From assembly GCA_963697735.1 (NCBI GenBank), contig CAVOOZ010000004.1, positions 174,180 through 238,179 of the forward strand: a stretch of DNA of 64,000 nt, given 5' to 3'. Made by a program: the position numbers and the translations under genes. This stretch comes from an uncultured Actinomycetota bacterium. GTDB taxonomy: Bacteria > Actinomycetota > Actinomycetes > Actinomycetales > Dermatophilaceae. The notes beneath the pieces were generated by a model, which was not told the DNA's origin, ran no database searches, and saw only the letters and a program-made list of their open reading frames with translations. Positions 10,058 to 20,112 of the stretch are shown here, one piece after another (the stretch's first letter is position 1; each line of letters opens with the position of its first letter).

Positions 10058-10657
10058 ATGGCGACACCCCAGGCTGAGCACGATATCGCACCACCTCGGG
10101 GGGTGGAGGCGGTCAAGGCGTCCCTCGTGACGGCTGCGGCGGAGCTCTTGGCAGCCCAGCCGGCCAGCCAGGTCTCGGGTCGGGCGATCGCCCGACGTGC
10201 CCACGTGAACTACGGTCTGATCCATCAGTATTTCGGCAGCAAGGAGAAGATATTCAGGGAGGTTTTCCTGCAGCTCTCGGACCGAGCAACGGCAGAGGCC
10301 AGAAACGAACATGAATCGGACTGGTGGAGTGATCCGACTTTGTTTTCGACCGATGCCGACCTGTGGCGGATCGTGGCAAACCTGGTGGTCGACCCGGACC
10401 TGATGGAGTCCATGGAATGGGAGTTTCCGCTGATTCGAGCTATTACGGCCGGAATGGCGCAGCAGCATCCCGAGTGGGACGACCGCGAGGTCCGTGCCCA
10501 CACGGCTGCGTTCGGAGCCACCCTGATCGGCTGGAGCCTGCTCCAGCCCATCTTCCAACGCGGGCTCGAGCTCGACGACGACGAGCTCGCCGGCATCCGC
10601 GACCGGGCACTGACCATCGCATCCGGCTCGAGCTCATCCGGCCAGCGCCACGGCTGA
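10058..10657 (+). CDS. TetR/AcrR family regulator
   Basis: VSGRAIARRAHVNYGLIHQYFGSKE HTH; GAGGAG RBS. Confidence 0.9.
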   Translation: MATPQAEHDIAPPRGVEAVKASLVTAAAELLAAQPASQVSGRAIARRAHVNYGLIHQYFGSKEKIFREVFLQLSDRATAEARNEHESDWWSDPTLFSTDADLWRIVANLVVDPDLMESMEWEFPLIRAITAGMAQQHPEWDDREVRAHTAAFGATLIGWSLLQPIFQRGLELDDDELAGIRDRALTIASGSSSSGQRHG

Positions 10658-11842
10658 GGCATGCTCGGCGGCCAACCGGCGTCGCATGGCCAGGTGCGCC
10701 CGCGGCATACCGACCGACTCGCCGCCGACGAAGCGGCCGTCGACGTAGCGGTGCACACTGAACGATCCGCCCGCGACGTCACCCTCGACCTCGAGCCGCT
10801 CGTCGAGCCCTTCGTGGAGCGCTGCTGGAAGCCCGGCCATCTGGACCTTGACACCGGCCTGGTCGGTCCAGAACCACGGCACCGGGGCATACTCGGCGGC
10901 GGCGCCGGTGAGCCGTCGTGCCACGTGGGTCGCGCCGTCGAACGCATTCTGCACCGAGCTGAGTCGCAGGCGCCGGTTGCCGTAGGGGAACCGTGCGCAG
11001 TCGCCGATCGCCGAGATGGCCGGGTCGGCCGTCAGCAGGTCGTGGTCAACCAGGATGCCATCATCCACGGGCAGGCCTGCGGCGCGAGCCAGTTCGCAGT
11101 TGGGAACTGCACCGACACCGATGACCACCAGGTCGGCCGGCAGCTCTTCCCCACTCGCGGTGAGGACGCTCCGGACGGCTCCGTCGACCCCGGTGATCCG
11201 GTCGACCGCCTCACCGAGCCGCAGACGGACACCTCCTGCGGTATGCCGCTCCGTCAGGAACTCGCCGGTCACCGGCGTCACAGCGCCGTGGAGAAGGCGC
11301 GGGGCGACCTCGACCACGGCGACGCCGATGCCGAGTCGGGCAGCGACCGTGGCCAGCTCGAGACCGATGAAGCCGCCGCCCACGAGGACGACCGAGCGGG
11401 CGGAGCGCAGCTGCGCGCTGACCCGACGGGCGTCGTCGAGCGTCCGCAGAGTGTGCACGCCGGCCAGACCACAACCAGTGGCCGGCGCCGGCCTCGGCCG
11501 CGAACCGAGGGCCAGGACCAGGTGGTCATAGGCCAGGCGCCTGCCTGAGTGCAGCTCGACCTGAGCACCGTCGCGGTCGATCGAGACCACCTGCGCGCCC
11601 AGCTCGAGGTCGACACCGAGCGTTTCGTAGTGGTCTGCGGGGTGGAACAGTGCCTGGTCGTCCAGGGCCTCGACGTCGGCGCACGACTTGGACAGCGGTG
11701 GGCGCTGGTACGGCAGGTGCGGCTCGGCGCCGACCAGGGTGATCGGGCCGGACCAGCCTGCGCGACGCAGGGCGTTGCCTGTCTGCACACCTCCGTGTCC
11801 GGTGCCGACGACGACGACTCGCCCGGCTGTCGGCTCAGCCAT
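10634..11842 (-). CDS. Ferredoxin-NAD(P) reductase
   Basis: VVVVGTGHGG, PYQRPPLSK, GGGFIGLE, AIGDCA, VPWFWTDQ. Confidence 0.93.
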   Translation of the reverse strand: MAEPTAGRVVVVGTGHGGVQTGNALRRAGWSGPITLVGAEPHLPYQRPPLSKSCADVEALDDQALFHPADHYETLGVDLELGAQVVSIDRDGAQVELHSGRRLAYDHLVLALGSRPRPAPATGCGLAGVHTLRTLDDARRVSAQLRSARSVVLVGGGFIGLELATVAARLGIGVAVVEVAPRLLHGAVTPVTGEFLTERHTAGGVRLRLGEAVDRITGVDGAVRSVLTASGEELPADLVVIGVGAVPNCELARAAGLPVDDGILVDHDLLTADPAISAIGDCARFPYGNRRLRLSSVQNAFDGATHVARRLTGAAAEYAPVPWFWTDQAGVKVQMAGLPAALHEGLDERLEVEGDVAGGSFSVHRYVDGRFVGGESVGMPRAHLAMRRRLAAEHASAVALAG

Positions 11843-12029
11843 CGACCACGGTGATGGCCCCGGTCGGGCACGAGGCGATGGCCTCGTCGACGTTGGCGCG
11901 CTCGGTGTCGGGTGGCGTCTGGTCGAGCAGGAACGCCACACCGTCATCGTCCTGGTCGAAGACGTCGGGTGCCGCCATGACGCACTGGCCGGAGCCGCAG
12001 CACTTGGCGACGTCGATGGTGAGGTTCAT
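11835..12029 (-). CDS. Ferredoxin, [3Fe-4S] P450-partner type
   Basis: CCGSGQC...APDVF...CPTGAI; lies between P450 and reductase. Confidence 0.93.
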   Translation of the reverse strand: MNLTIDVAKCCGSGQCVMAAPDVFDQDDDGVAFLLDQTPPDTERANVDEAIASCPTGAITVVDG

Positions 12030-12055
12030 GGTCGCAACTGCCTTCAGGTCGGTGG

Positions 12056-13363
12056 TCACAGGTGCACTCGTAGCTCGCGGATACCGAAGAACGCTCGGCC
12101 CTCTCGGAATCGCAGTCGCGTGATGTCGTCGTCGACCAGACCCAGGTTCGGGTAGCGGTCGAACAGGCGCGGGAGCCCGTAGCCCAACTCGAGACGAGCG
12201 AGGTTCTGTCCTACGCACTGGTGGGGCCCGAACCCGAAGCCGAGATGCTTCGGCTTCTCCTCCGGGATGCTGAAGTCTGCGAAGCCGGAGGGTCCGAACT
12301 GCGACTCGTCGTGGTTGGCCGCGAGGATCGAGGCGATGACGCCCTCCCCCTTGCGGACCAGCGTGTCGCCGACCTGGATGTCCTCCGTGGCGGCACGCCG
12401 TGGGCCCATGCGGACCACCGTGTGGATCCGGACCAGCTCCTCCACGGCGCTGTCCCAGCTGCGAGCGCCGGACCGGAGCAGCTCGAGCTGATCCGGGTGC
12501 TGCAGCAACGTCAGCACGGACAGGCCGAACATGCCGGCCGTGGTGTCGTGCCCTGCCGAGACGAGCATGATGACGAAGCCGGCCAGCTGCTCGCGCGTGA
12601 GCTCACCCGTGAGCAGCTGCTCGTGCGTGAGTCGCGTCAGGAGGTCGTCCGCGGGCTGGGACTCCTTGAGGGAGATGAGCCGGTCGCAGAACGCCGCGAA
12701 CTCACCGATCACCTCGTACTGCTCCTCGCGGCTCAGCGACAGGGTCGTCATCCGCTCGGTGAGCTCCTGGAACATCGCCTCGTCCTCCCTCGGCACACCG
12801 AGGATCTTCGCGATGACGTCCGAGGGCACGGCAAGGGCGAACGACTCAATGAGGTCGACCGGCTGCGGCAGGCTCGCAAGCGAGTCGATGCGGGCGTCGA
12901 TCGTGGCGCACACGAAGTCGCGGTAGCCCTCGACGGCCTTGGGCATGAAGTCCTTGGCGACCATCCGCCGCAGGCGCGTGTGCACCGGCGGATCGGAACG
13001 GATCATCGTCGACACGGCGACGGGTGCATCCGAGCCGGGGGCGCCCTCGAGCGGGAAGCCGGGCGTCAACGGGCTCGAGCTGAACCGCGTGTCGGCCAGG
13101 ATCGCCTTGACGTCCTCGAAGGCCGTGAAGAGCCACGACGACCCGCTGTCGCCCAACGCGACCGTGCTGGCCGGGCTCTCCCGGCGCAGCTCGCCGAAGT
13201 AGTCGGGCTCGTCGAGCGGCCGGCTCTCGGGTGGGGTCAACGAGTACTTACGCAGGTGCGGGCACGCAGCCGCGCCGTCAGCCGCCTTGTCGGGCGCGGT
13301 CGTCGGTTGACCGCCGCTGCTCGTGTCGGTCCTGGTGTCGGTGTCGACCGGGACTGCGTCCAT
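12056..13363 (-). CDS. Cytochrome P450 (CYP105-like)
   Basis: DPPVHTRLRR, AGHDTT I-helix, EELVR, FGFGPHQCVG heme motif; AGGAGG RBS. Confidence 0.96.
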   Translation of the reverse strand: MDAVPVDTDTRTDTSSGGQPTTAPDKAADGAAACPHLRKYSLTPPESRPLDEPDYFGELRRESPASTVALGDSGSSWLFTAFEDVKAILADTRFSSSPLTPGFPLEGAPGSDAPVAVSTMIRSDPPVHTRLRRMVAKDFMPKAVEGYRDFVCATIDARIDSLASLPQPVDLIESFALAVPSDVIAKILGVPREDEAMFQELTERMTTLSLSREEQYEVIGEFAAFCDRLISLKESQPADDLLTRLTHEQLLTGELTREQLAGFVIMLVSAGHDTTAGMFGLSVLTLLQHPDQLELLRSGARSWDSAVEELVRIHTVVRMGPRRAATEDIQVGDTLVRKGEGVIASILAANHDESQFGPSGFADFSIPEEKPKHLGFGFGPHQCVGQNLARLELGYGLPRLFDRYPNLGLVDDDITRLRFREGRAFFGIRELRVHL

Positions 13364-13396
13364 GAAGTCCTCCTGATGCGAGGGGTCGGACCCTCT

Positions 13397-13443
13397 CTTT
13401 AGCCACTTGGCTAGAGTCTAGCCAAGTGGCTAAAGGAGGTCAA
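13397..13443 (-). promoter_or_regulatory. P450 promoter TTGACC-N17-TAGACT overlapped by a perfect 19-bp-arm inverted repeat (double operator)
   Basis: CTTTAGCCACTTGGCTAGA-G-TCTAGCCAAGTGGCTAAAG at 13397-13435; -35 at 13438-13443, -10 at 13415-13420. Confidence 0.8.
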
Positions 13444-13508
13444 GGGTCCTGACGGTCAGCAGCTGCCCGCGGCGACCATGCTGCGGCGCTCCACGCCGAC
13501 GGTCCGGG

Positions 13509-14507
13509 TCAGGAACGGACATCGAGGACGACCCGGCCCACGGTCTTGCCGTCGGCGAGCCGCTGCAGCGCCGACGCGGTGTCGTCGAGAGGGAACCTCT
13601 CGCTGACGAACGGCGCGATGAGGCCCGCGTCGGCCAGGCGTGTGAGCTCCGCCTGACAGGCCCCGGCGGCTGGGAGGTCCTTGGCGTTGTAGAGCCCCCA
13701 GTGCAGGCCGAGGATCGAGTAGTTCTTCACAAGTGCGTGGTTCAGCGCGGCCTGCTGCATCCTGCCCCCGGCGAACCCGACGACGATGATGCGGCCCTCG
13801 AAGGCGATGCACTTCGTCGAGCGGTCGTACACGTCGCCACCGACGGGGTCGTACACCACGTCTGCGCCGCGACCACCCGTCTCGCGCTTGACGACGTCGA
13901 CGAAGTCATCGGTGTGCCGGTCGACGACGACGTCGGCACCGAGCTCCGTGGCGTAGCGGGCCTTCGCCTCGCCCCCCACGACACCGATGACCCGCGCTCC
14001 AGCCGCCTTGCCGAGCTGGACCGCGGCGCTACCGACACCGCCGGCAGCGGCATGGACGAGGAGGGTCTCGCCCGGCTGGATCCGCGCGCGGCGGTGGAGC
14101 CCGAACCAGCCCGTCTGGTAGCCGATGAAGAGCGCTGCCGACTGGGCGTCGTCGAGGGAAGCCGGGGCGGCATACGTGGTGTGGTCGTCCATCAGGGCGA
14201 ACTCGGCGAACCCGCCGTGCGGCAGGCTGCACAGTCCGAGCACCCGGTCGCCGACGGCGTGCTGAATCACCTCGGATCCCACCGCCACGACCTCCCCGCA
14301 CAGCTCCGCACCGGGGGTGAACGGCAGGTCCGGCTTGATCTGGTACTGGCCCCGGCACATCAGGACGTCAGGGAAGTTGGCCGCGCTGGCACGCACCCGG
14401 ACGAGCACCTGACGCGGCCCGGGCTCCGGCACCTCGAGGTCGCGCAGCTCGAGCACCTGCTCGGGCTCGCCGAGGCTCGTGACGGACCAGCCCTTCATGC
14501 GTGTCAT
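13509..14507 (-). CDS. NADPH:quinone oxidoreductase (zinc-free MDR family)
   Basis: NFPDVL, PFTPGAE, VHAAAGGVG, VVYDPVGG; start may be 14498-14519. Confidence 0.92.
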   Translation of the reverse strand: MTRMKGWSVTSLGEPEQVLELRDLEVPEPGPRQVLVRVRASAANFPDVLMCRGQYQIKPDLPFTPGAELCGEVVAVGSEVIQHAVGDRVLGLCSLPHGGFAEFALMDDHTTYAAPASLDDAQSAALFIGYQTGWFGLHRRARIQPGETLLVHAAAGGVGSAAVQLGKAAGARVIGVVGGEAKARYATELGADVVVDRHTDDFVDVVKRETGGRGADVVYDPVGGDVYDRSTKCIAFEGRIIVVGFAGGRMQQAALNHALVKNYSILGLHWGLYNAKDLPAAGACQAELTRLADAGLIAPFVSERFPLDDTASALQRLADGKTVGRVVLDVRS

Positions 14508-14538
14508 CGCTTTCCTCACTCAGAGCTCAGGTAGGGGT

Positions 14539-14760
14539 TCAGTCGGTGGAGAGGTCGAGCAGGGACTGGCCGGGGTTGACCGCGTCACCCTCGGACACGT
14601 GGATGGCGACGACGACGCCCGCCACCTCCGACATGACGGGGATCTCCATCTTCATGGACTCGAGGATCATCAACGGTGTGTCCTCCTCGACGGCGTCGCC
14701 GGGGGCGACGAGGATCTTCCAGACGTTGGCGCTCATGTCGGCTTGGATGCTCTCGGACAT
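14539..14760 (-). CDS. Biotin carboxyl carrier protein
   Basis: ILESMKMEIPV biotinylation motif; AAAGGA RBS. Confidence 0.92.
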   Translation of the reverse strand: MSESIQADMSANVWKILVAPGDAVEEDTPLMILESMKMEIPVMSEVAGVVVAIHVSEGDAVNPGQSLLDLSTD

Positions 14761-14792
14761 CGAGGTTCCTTTCGTGGTTCTGGCCCGGTCCG

Positions 14793-16145
14793 CTACTGGC
14801 GGGCCTTGACGTTCGCGACGACGTTCGTGTCGTAGCGCCCGCTCGCGAACTCGTCGGACCGCACCAGCTCGCGCAGGAACGGCAGGTTGGTGACCAGCCC
14901 TGTGACGACGAACTCGTCCAGAGCCGCGACGATCCGCGCGAGCGCCTGCTCGCGCGTGTCACCGTACGCGCACACCTTCGCCACGAGCGAGTCAAAATGG
15001 GGGGTGACCTCGACGCCCGCGGCATACCCGGAGTCGACGCGGATGCCCGGCCCGCAGGGTTCCACCCACTCGTCGATCATGCCGGGACGGGGATAGAACC
15101 GCTTCGGGTCCTCCGCGCACACGCGCACCTCGATCGCGTGCCCCCGTGGCGACGGCGCGAAGTCCGCAGTGGTCGTCCCGGTGTGCGCGATGCTCAGCTG
15201 CTGCTCGACGAGGTCGATGCCGTAGGTCAGCTCGGTGACGGGGTGCTCCACCTGGATGCGCGTGTTCATCTCGAGGAAGACGAACTCGTTCGAGATGGTG
15301 TCGAGCAGGAACTCCACCGTGCCGGCGTTGCGGTAGCCGACGACCTCGGCCGCCTGCACCGCGCTCAGGAGCATCCGTCCGCGGACCCTCGTGTCGAGCA
15401 CCGGGGCCGGGCTCTCCTCGACGAGCTTCTGGTGGCGGCGTTGCGCCGAGCAGTCGCGCTCCCCCAGCGCGATGACGGTGCCGTTTGCGAGCCCGAGGAT
15501 CTGCACCTCGACGTGGCGCGCGGTGGAGACGAACTTCTCCACAAAGACCCGGCCCGAGCCGAAGCTGCGCTCGGCCATCGAGCGGGTGCCGTCGAAGGCC
15601 GTGCGCAGCGCGTCGGCGTCGTGCGCGATGGCCATGCCGATGCCGCCGCCACCTCCGGCGGCTTTGACCATGACCGGGTAGCCGATGCGGCTCGCCTCGA
15701 GCAAGGCCTCCTCCACCGAACCGAGAGCATCGTCTGCGCCGCCGCTGACCGGGACGCCCGCCTCGGCGACGACCCGGCGCGCCTCGACCTTGTCACCCAT
15801 CGTGGCGATCGTCTCTGGCGACGGTCCGACCCAGGTCAGCCCGGCCGTGACGACATCGCTGGCAAACTGGGCGTTCTCAGCGAGGAAGCCGTACCCCGGG
15901 TGGATCGCCGTGGCGCCGACCTCGCGGGCGATGCGGATGATCTGGGCGCCGTCGAGGTACGCCCGCACCGGGACGTCTCCGTCGAGGGGGACGGCCAGGT
16001 CGGCCTCGGCGACGAAGGGCAGCCCTGCGTCGACCGGGTGGTGCACGGCCACGGACTCGATGCCGAGCCGCCGGGCCGTCGCGATGACCCGTCGGGCGAT
16101 CTCGCCGCGGTTCGCGACGAGCAGCCGATCTGGAAAGGCTCCCAT
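14793..16145 (-). CDS. Biotin carboxylase subunit
   Basis: LVANRGEIA, HPGYGFLAEN, GGGGIGM, ERDCSAQRRHQK, FLEMNTRIQVEH. Confidence 0.96.
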   Translation of the reverse strand: MGAFPDRLLVANRGEIARRVIATARRLGIESVAVHHPVDAGLPFVAEADLAVPLDGDVPVRAYLDGAQIIRIAREVGATAIHPGYGFLAENAQFASDVVTAGLTWVGPSPETIATMGDKVEARRVVAEAGVPVSGGADDALGSVEEALLEASRIGYPVMVKAAGGGGGIGMAIAHDADALRTAFDGTRSMAERSFGSGRVFVEKFVSTARHVEVQILGLANGTVIALGERDCSAQRRHQKLVEESPAPVLDTRVRGRMLLSAVQAAEVVGYRNAGTVEFLLDTISNEFVFLEMNTRIQVEHPVTELTYGIDLVEQQLSIAHTGTTTADFAPSPRGHAIEVRVCAEDPKRFYPRPGMIDEWVEPCGPGIRVDSGYAAGVEVTPHFDSLVAKVCAYGDTREQALARIVAALDEFVVTGLVTNLPFLRELVRSDEFASGRYDTNVVANVKARQ

Positions 16146-16220
16146 GTCATCCCCTTAGAGGACTCGGTTGTGAGGACGCGCTCTCAGGACGCGTTGGCGT
16201 GCTTGGTGTCTGGGCTGGTG

Positions 16221-17762
16221 TCAGAAGCTCGTCGGCCAGGTGCGCAGCAGGTGCTCACCGACGCCACCCGTGCGGGCGAGGTCGTTGTCGCGCAGCGCAC
16301 CGATGAGGAACCCTCTGGTGTCGGCCGGGTCGATGACGTCCTGGACGCCGTACACCCGGGCGACGTCGTATGCCGTCGACTCGCGAGCCATCTCGGCCAA
16401 CCGGCGCTCGTAGAGCTCGGGGTCATCCTCCTGAGTGACGCCATAGACGACGCCGACGGCCGAGCGCGGGTCCATGAAGCTGACCTCGGCCGACCACCAC
16501 GCCGCGGTGGCGTCAGCGGTGAACCCGCCACCCATGTTGGCGTAGGCCTGCCCGTAGTTCTTGCGCATCATCACGGTCACCTTCGGGACGGTGACGAGAG
16601 CGAGCGCGTTCATCCAGTTGATGATCTTGCCGGCGACCTTGTTGCGCTCGGCCTCGAGGCCGATGAGGAAGCCCGGCTGGTCGACGAGGAACACGATGGG
16701 GATGTTGTAGGAGTCGCACAGGGTGAGGAAGCTCGTCGCCTTGTCGCACGCCGCCCCGTCGATCGCGCCACCCTTGAAGATCGGGTTGTTCGCGATGATG
16801 CCGACGCTTCGCCCGTCGATCCGGGCGAGGCACGTCACGAGGCTCTTGCCGAAGGCCGCCTTGATCGGGAAGACGGAGCCCGTGTCGGCCACGACCTCGA
16901 TGACCTTGCGCACGTCGTACACCTGCGAGCGCGACTCCGGAACGAGGGAGCGCAGCTCGGCCGAGCGCTCGCCCGAGCCCGGCGTCACCGGGACGACCGG
17001 CGGCGCCTCCGCATTGTGCGAGGGAAGATAGCCGAGGAAGCGGCGGACCAGGTCGATCGCCTCCTCGTCGGTGTTGGCGACCGCGTCCGCGAAGCCGGTC
17101 ACCTCGGCGTGCAGCTTCCAGCCGCCGAGCTCCTCGGCGTCGACCTGCTGCCCGGTCGCGCGGCTGACAAGGCCGGGGCTCGAGACGGCCATCACCGCAC
17201 CCTTGCGGAAGACCGCGAAGTCGGACGAGACCGTGTGCCAGGTCGCCGAGCCGAAGGCGTAACCGAAGACCGCTGAGGCCCAAGGACTCTCGCGCTTGCG
17301 GAGGAAGCGCGTGCGTTCGTTGCCCGAGCCCATTCCCGTGCCGCCCATGATGTCCGGCATCCGAACGCCGGTGGACTCCGCGAGGTAGACGAGCGGCATA
17401 CCGCAGCGGGTCGCGAGGTCCTTCATGTGCTGCATCTTCTTGTTGCTCACCTGGCCGCTCGACGCGCCCTTGACCGTGAAGTCGTAGGAGATGACCGCGG
17501 CCCGGCGGCCGTCGACGTCACCGGTCCCGGTGACCTTCCCGTCGGCCGGTGTGACGTCCTTGTCGGCCTCGAGGTGCGACGTCGCGAAGAGCCCGGACTC
17601 CCGGAAGGACTCGGGGTCGAAGAGCCGGTCGACGCGCTCGCGCGCGTTGAGCTGCCCCGCCTCGGCACGCTTCTCGAGCTTGCGGGGGCCGCCCATCGCG
17701 AGGGCGGCGGCGCGGCGCTGCTCGTGCCTCGCGGCCGGGTCGGTCTCGGTCATGGACGACAT
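16221..17762 (-). CDS. Acyl-CoA carboxylase carboxyltransferase subunit
   Basis: NARERVDRLFD, DFTVKGAS, EELGG, LVDQPGFLIG, VIDPADTR. Confidence 0.94.
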   Translation of the reverse strand: MSSMTETDPAARHEQRRAAALAMGGPRKLEKRAEAGQLNARERVDRLFDPESFRESGLFATSHLEADKDVTPADGKVTGTGDVDGRRAAVISYDFTVKGASSGQVSNKKMQHMKDLATRCGMPLVYLAESTGVRMPDIMGGTGMGSGNERTRFLRKRESPWASAVFGYAFGSATWHTVSSDFAVFRKGAVMAVSSPGLVSRATGQQVDAEELGGWKLHAEVTGFADAVANTDEEAIDLVRRFLGYLPSHNAEAPPVVPVTPGSGERSAELRSLVPESRSQVYDVRKVIEVVADTGSVFPIKAAFGKSLVTCLARIDGRSVGIIANNPIFKGGAIDGAACDKATSFLTLCDSYNIPIVFLVDQPGFLIGLEAERNKVAGKIINWMNALALVTVPKVTVMMRKNYGQAYANMGGGFTADATAAWWSAEVSFMDPRSAVGVVYGVTQEDDPELYERRLAEMARESTAYDVARVYGVQDVIDPADTRGFLIGALRDNDLARTGGVGEHLLRTWPTSF

Positions 17763-19984
17763 GTCGCCTCCTGCTGGCTTTCGGTGTCGTGGGCTGCGGT
17801 GGGGGCTCCGCCCGACGGCGTCACGGAGGGGACGGCTCGCGCCTGGTGGCGCAGCAGCGCCTGCACGGCGACCGCCGCGTCCTCGAACGTCGGCAGCACC
17901 GGGAGCCCGAGTGCCCGAGCTCGCTCGGCGTGGCCGCGGATCTGCTCCTCGGTGTCGGGCTTGCCGTCGGTCTTGAGCACGAGCACGTGGTGGCAGGCGT
18001 GTCGGGCGGCGACCCGGGCTCGGGCCACCGCCTCGACGATCGCACCCGTCACGTCACCGTGGGTCGCCCCGAGGTTGCGCTGGATGATGCCGACGTTGAG
18101 GTGCGTGATGACGACCGCAGGGCTCGTCTTCTCGAGCACCGTCGTGATGATGTCCTCGGCGATCGCGCCACCGCGGACCGCGAGGGTCGGTGCCGGGGCG
18201 TCGATGGGGTTGTGCAGGCCGTTGCCCGGAGGCAGCCCGAGGTCGTCGAGCCGGGCGACCGTCGCGTCCGGCAGCCGCGGAGTGCGCAGGCCGTGACGCT
18301 CCAGGGCGTCCGCCGCGAGGACGCTGGCGCCACCGCCGTTGCCGAAGAGCACCGCGTCGACACCGCCTGGTCGGACGTCGAGGTCCACGGTGTCCATGAC
18401 GAGCAAGACGTTGACGAAGTCCTCGAGCGAGTCGACGAGCGTGATGCCGGACTGGCGGGCGATCGCCGGCCAGAGCCGGTGGTTGCCCGAGAGCGCACCG
18501 GTGTGGCTCGTCGCGGCCCGCGAGCCGTCGGCGGTCCGCCCGCCGGCGAGCAGGACGATGGGCTTGGCGACCTCGCGTCGCCGGACCACGTCGAGGACCG
18601 ACCGGGCCGCGCCGAGCGACTCGAGGTAGAGGCCGATGACGGTCGTCTCGGGCGAGTCGAGGAGATGCTCGAGCAGCTCCGCCGGTGTGACGTCCGCCCC
18701 GTTGCCGATGCTCGTGACACTGTGGAAGGCGAGGCCACGTGCGGCGCCCAGCCGCAGGATGTCGACGCTGAGCCCGCCGCTCTGCGAGACGATCGCGACA
18801 CCGCCGGGCGTGAGCGGGGCTTCGGGGATGAACGTGAGACGCGCGGCGGACGAGTGAGTGCCGAGGCAGTTGGGGCCGATGACCCGGGTGCCGAGGGGAC
18901 GCAGCCGCTCGACGAGCTCACGCTCGAGCCCGGCTCCCTCGTCGGTCTCGGAGAAGCCGCTCGACACGACCTGCGCGAACCGCACCCGACCGCCACCTGC
19001 GGCGAGGGCATCAGTCACCAGGGCGGCCGGCAGCGCGACGTAGGCGTAGTCGACGACGCCGTCGACGGCGGCGAGCGAGGAGGTGGCGGGGAGTCCTTCG
19101 ATCTGCTCGGCGCTCGGGTGGACAGGCAGGATCCGCCCGTCGTAGCCGGCCGCGACGAGGTTCCGGATGAAGAGGTTGGCCCCGTTGATGCCCGCGCTCT
19201 TCGCCCCGAGCACCGCGACGGTACGCGGTGCGAACAGGGACGCGAACGCCGGTGCGTCTGCTGGCGTGACGGCCCGTGCGGGCTGAGGTGCCGACGGCCC
19301 GTCGGAGACGTCACCGAGGTCACGGCTGACGATCCTGGCATCAACCACGACGGCTCCGGTCTGCGACACGATGACGGGGTTGAGGTCGAGCTCGACGACG
19401 TCGTCGGGCAGTGCCTCGAGTAGCCCGGCCGGCCCGGCGAACTGCTCGACGACCTGCACGAGCGCCTCGACGTCGACCGGCGCCTCCCCGCGCGCTCCGT
19501 GGAGCAGTGCGGCACCCCGGAGCTCACCGAGCATCGCGCGCACGTCGTCGGACGAGACCGGCGCCACCGCGAACGCGACGTCGGCAAGGATCTCGACGAA
19601 GACGCCGCCGAGCCCGACCATCACGACCCAGCCGACACCCGGCGTGCGAACGGCACCCACGACGACCTCACGACCGCTGGGAGCCATCTCCTCCACGAGG
19701 TAGGCCTCGAGCCCGTGCCCAGCCCGGGCCACGTCGTCTCGCATCCGCTCGGCCGCGCCCGGAAGGTCCTCGTGCCGAAGCCCGACGCGAACGCCGCCCG
19801 CGTCGGACTTGTGGATCAGGCTCGGCGCCACCGCCTTGAGCACCAAGGGCTCTCGCAGGGTGCCGGGCACGTCATGGATGCTCGACACGACCACGCCCAC
19901 GGGCACGTCGATGCCGAAGGACCGCAGCATCGCCTTGGCCTCTGCCTCGGCGACCATCGCAACGGAGGCGGACTCAACGGACAC
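17750..19984 (-). CDS. ADP-forming acyl-CoA synthetase (acetate-CoA ligase family), ATP-grasp domain first
   Basis: EAEAKAML, HKSDAGGV, GLGGVFVE, LDLNP, then GPNCLG, SQSGG, catalytic SHTGAL; GAGGA RBS before GTG 19984. Confidence 0.9.
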   Translation of the reverse strand: MSVESASVAMVAEAEAKAMLRSFGIDVPVGVVVSSIHDVPGTLREPLVLKAVAPSLIHKSDAGGVRVGLRHEDLPGAAERMRDDVARAGHGLEAYLVEEMAPSGREVVVGAVRTPGVGWVVMVGLGGVFVEILADVAFAVAPVSSDDVRAMLGELRGAALLHGARGEAPVDVEALVQVVEQFAGPAGLLEALPDDVVELDLNPVIVSQTGAVVVDARIVSRDLGDVSDGPSAPQPARAVTPADAPAFASLFAPRTVAVLGAKSAGINGANLFIRNLVAAGYDGRILPVHPSAEQIEGLPATSSLAAVDGVVDYAYVALPAALVTDALAAGGGRVRFAQVVSSGFSETDEGAGLERELVERLRPLGTRVIGPNCLGTHSSAARLTFIPEAPLTPGGVAIVSQSGGLSVDILRLGAARGLAFHSVTSIGNGADVTPAELLEHLLDSPETTVIGLYLESLGAARSVLDVVRRREVAKPIVLLAGGRTADGSRAATSHTGALSGNHRLWPAIARQSGITLVDSLEDFVNVLLVMDTVDLDVRPGGVDAVLFGNGGGASVLAADALERHGLRTPRLPDATVARLDDLGLPPGNGLHNPIDAPAPTLAVRGGAIAEDIITTVLEKTSPAVVITHLNVGIIQRNLGATHGDVTGAIVEAVARARVAARHACHHVLVLKTDGKPDTEEQIRGHAERARALGLPVLPTFEDAAVAVQALLRHQARAVPSVTPSGGAPTAAHDTESQQEATCRP

Positions 19985-20112
19985 GTTCGGATCCTCACTG
20001 ACGGGGAAGGCGACAGCGGGCCGCGAGGGCGGCCCTGCCATGCGCCGAGTCTCCGAGACCCCCGCACCGGTGGGAAGAGCGCGATCGTTGGAGCCGTGAT
20101 GCCGAGGGCCTA

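Noticed and set aside
14676-17276. 866-aa + strand ORF and similar long antisense ORFs (7762-9741, 17789-19423, 22744-24735, 32680-34122)
   Set aside because: Shadows of well-supported opposite-strand genes; stop-poor frames are expected in high-GC DNA
10634-17762. P450, carboxylase and SARP as a secondary-metabolite biosynthetic cluster
   Set aside because: No PKS, NRPS, terpene synthase or RiPP precursor seen; importer, BVMO and hydrolases point to catabolism, and the SARP is over 20 kb away
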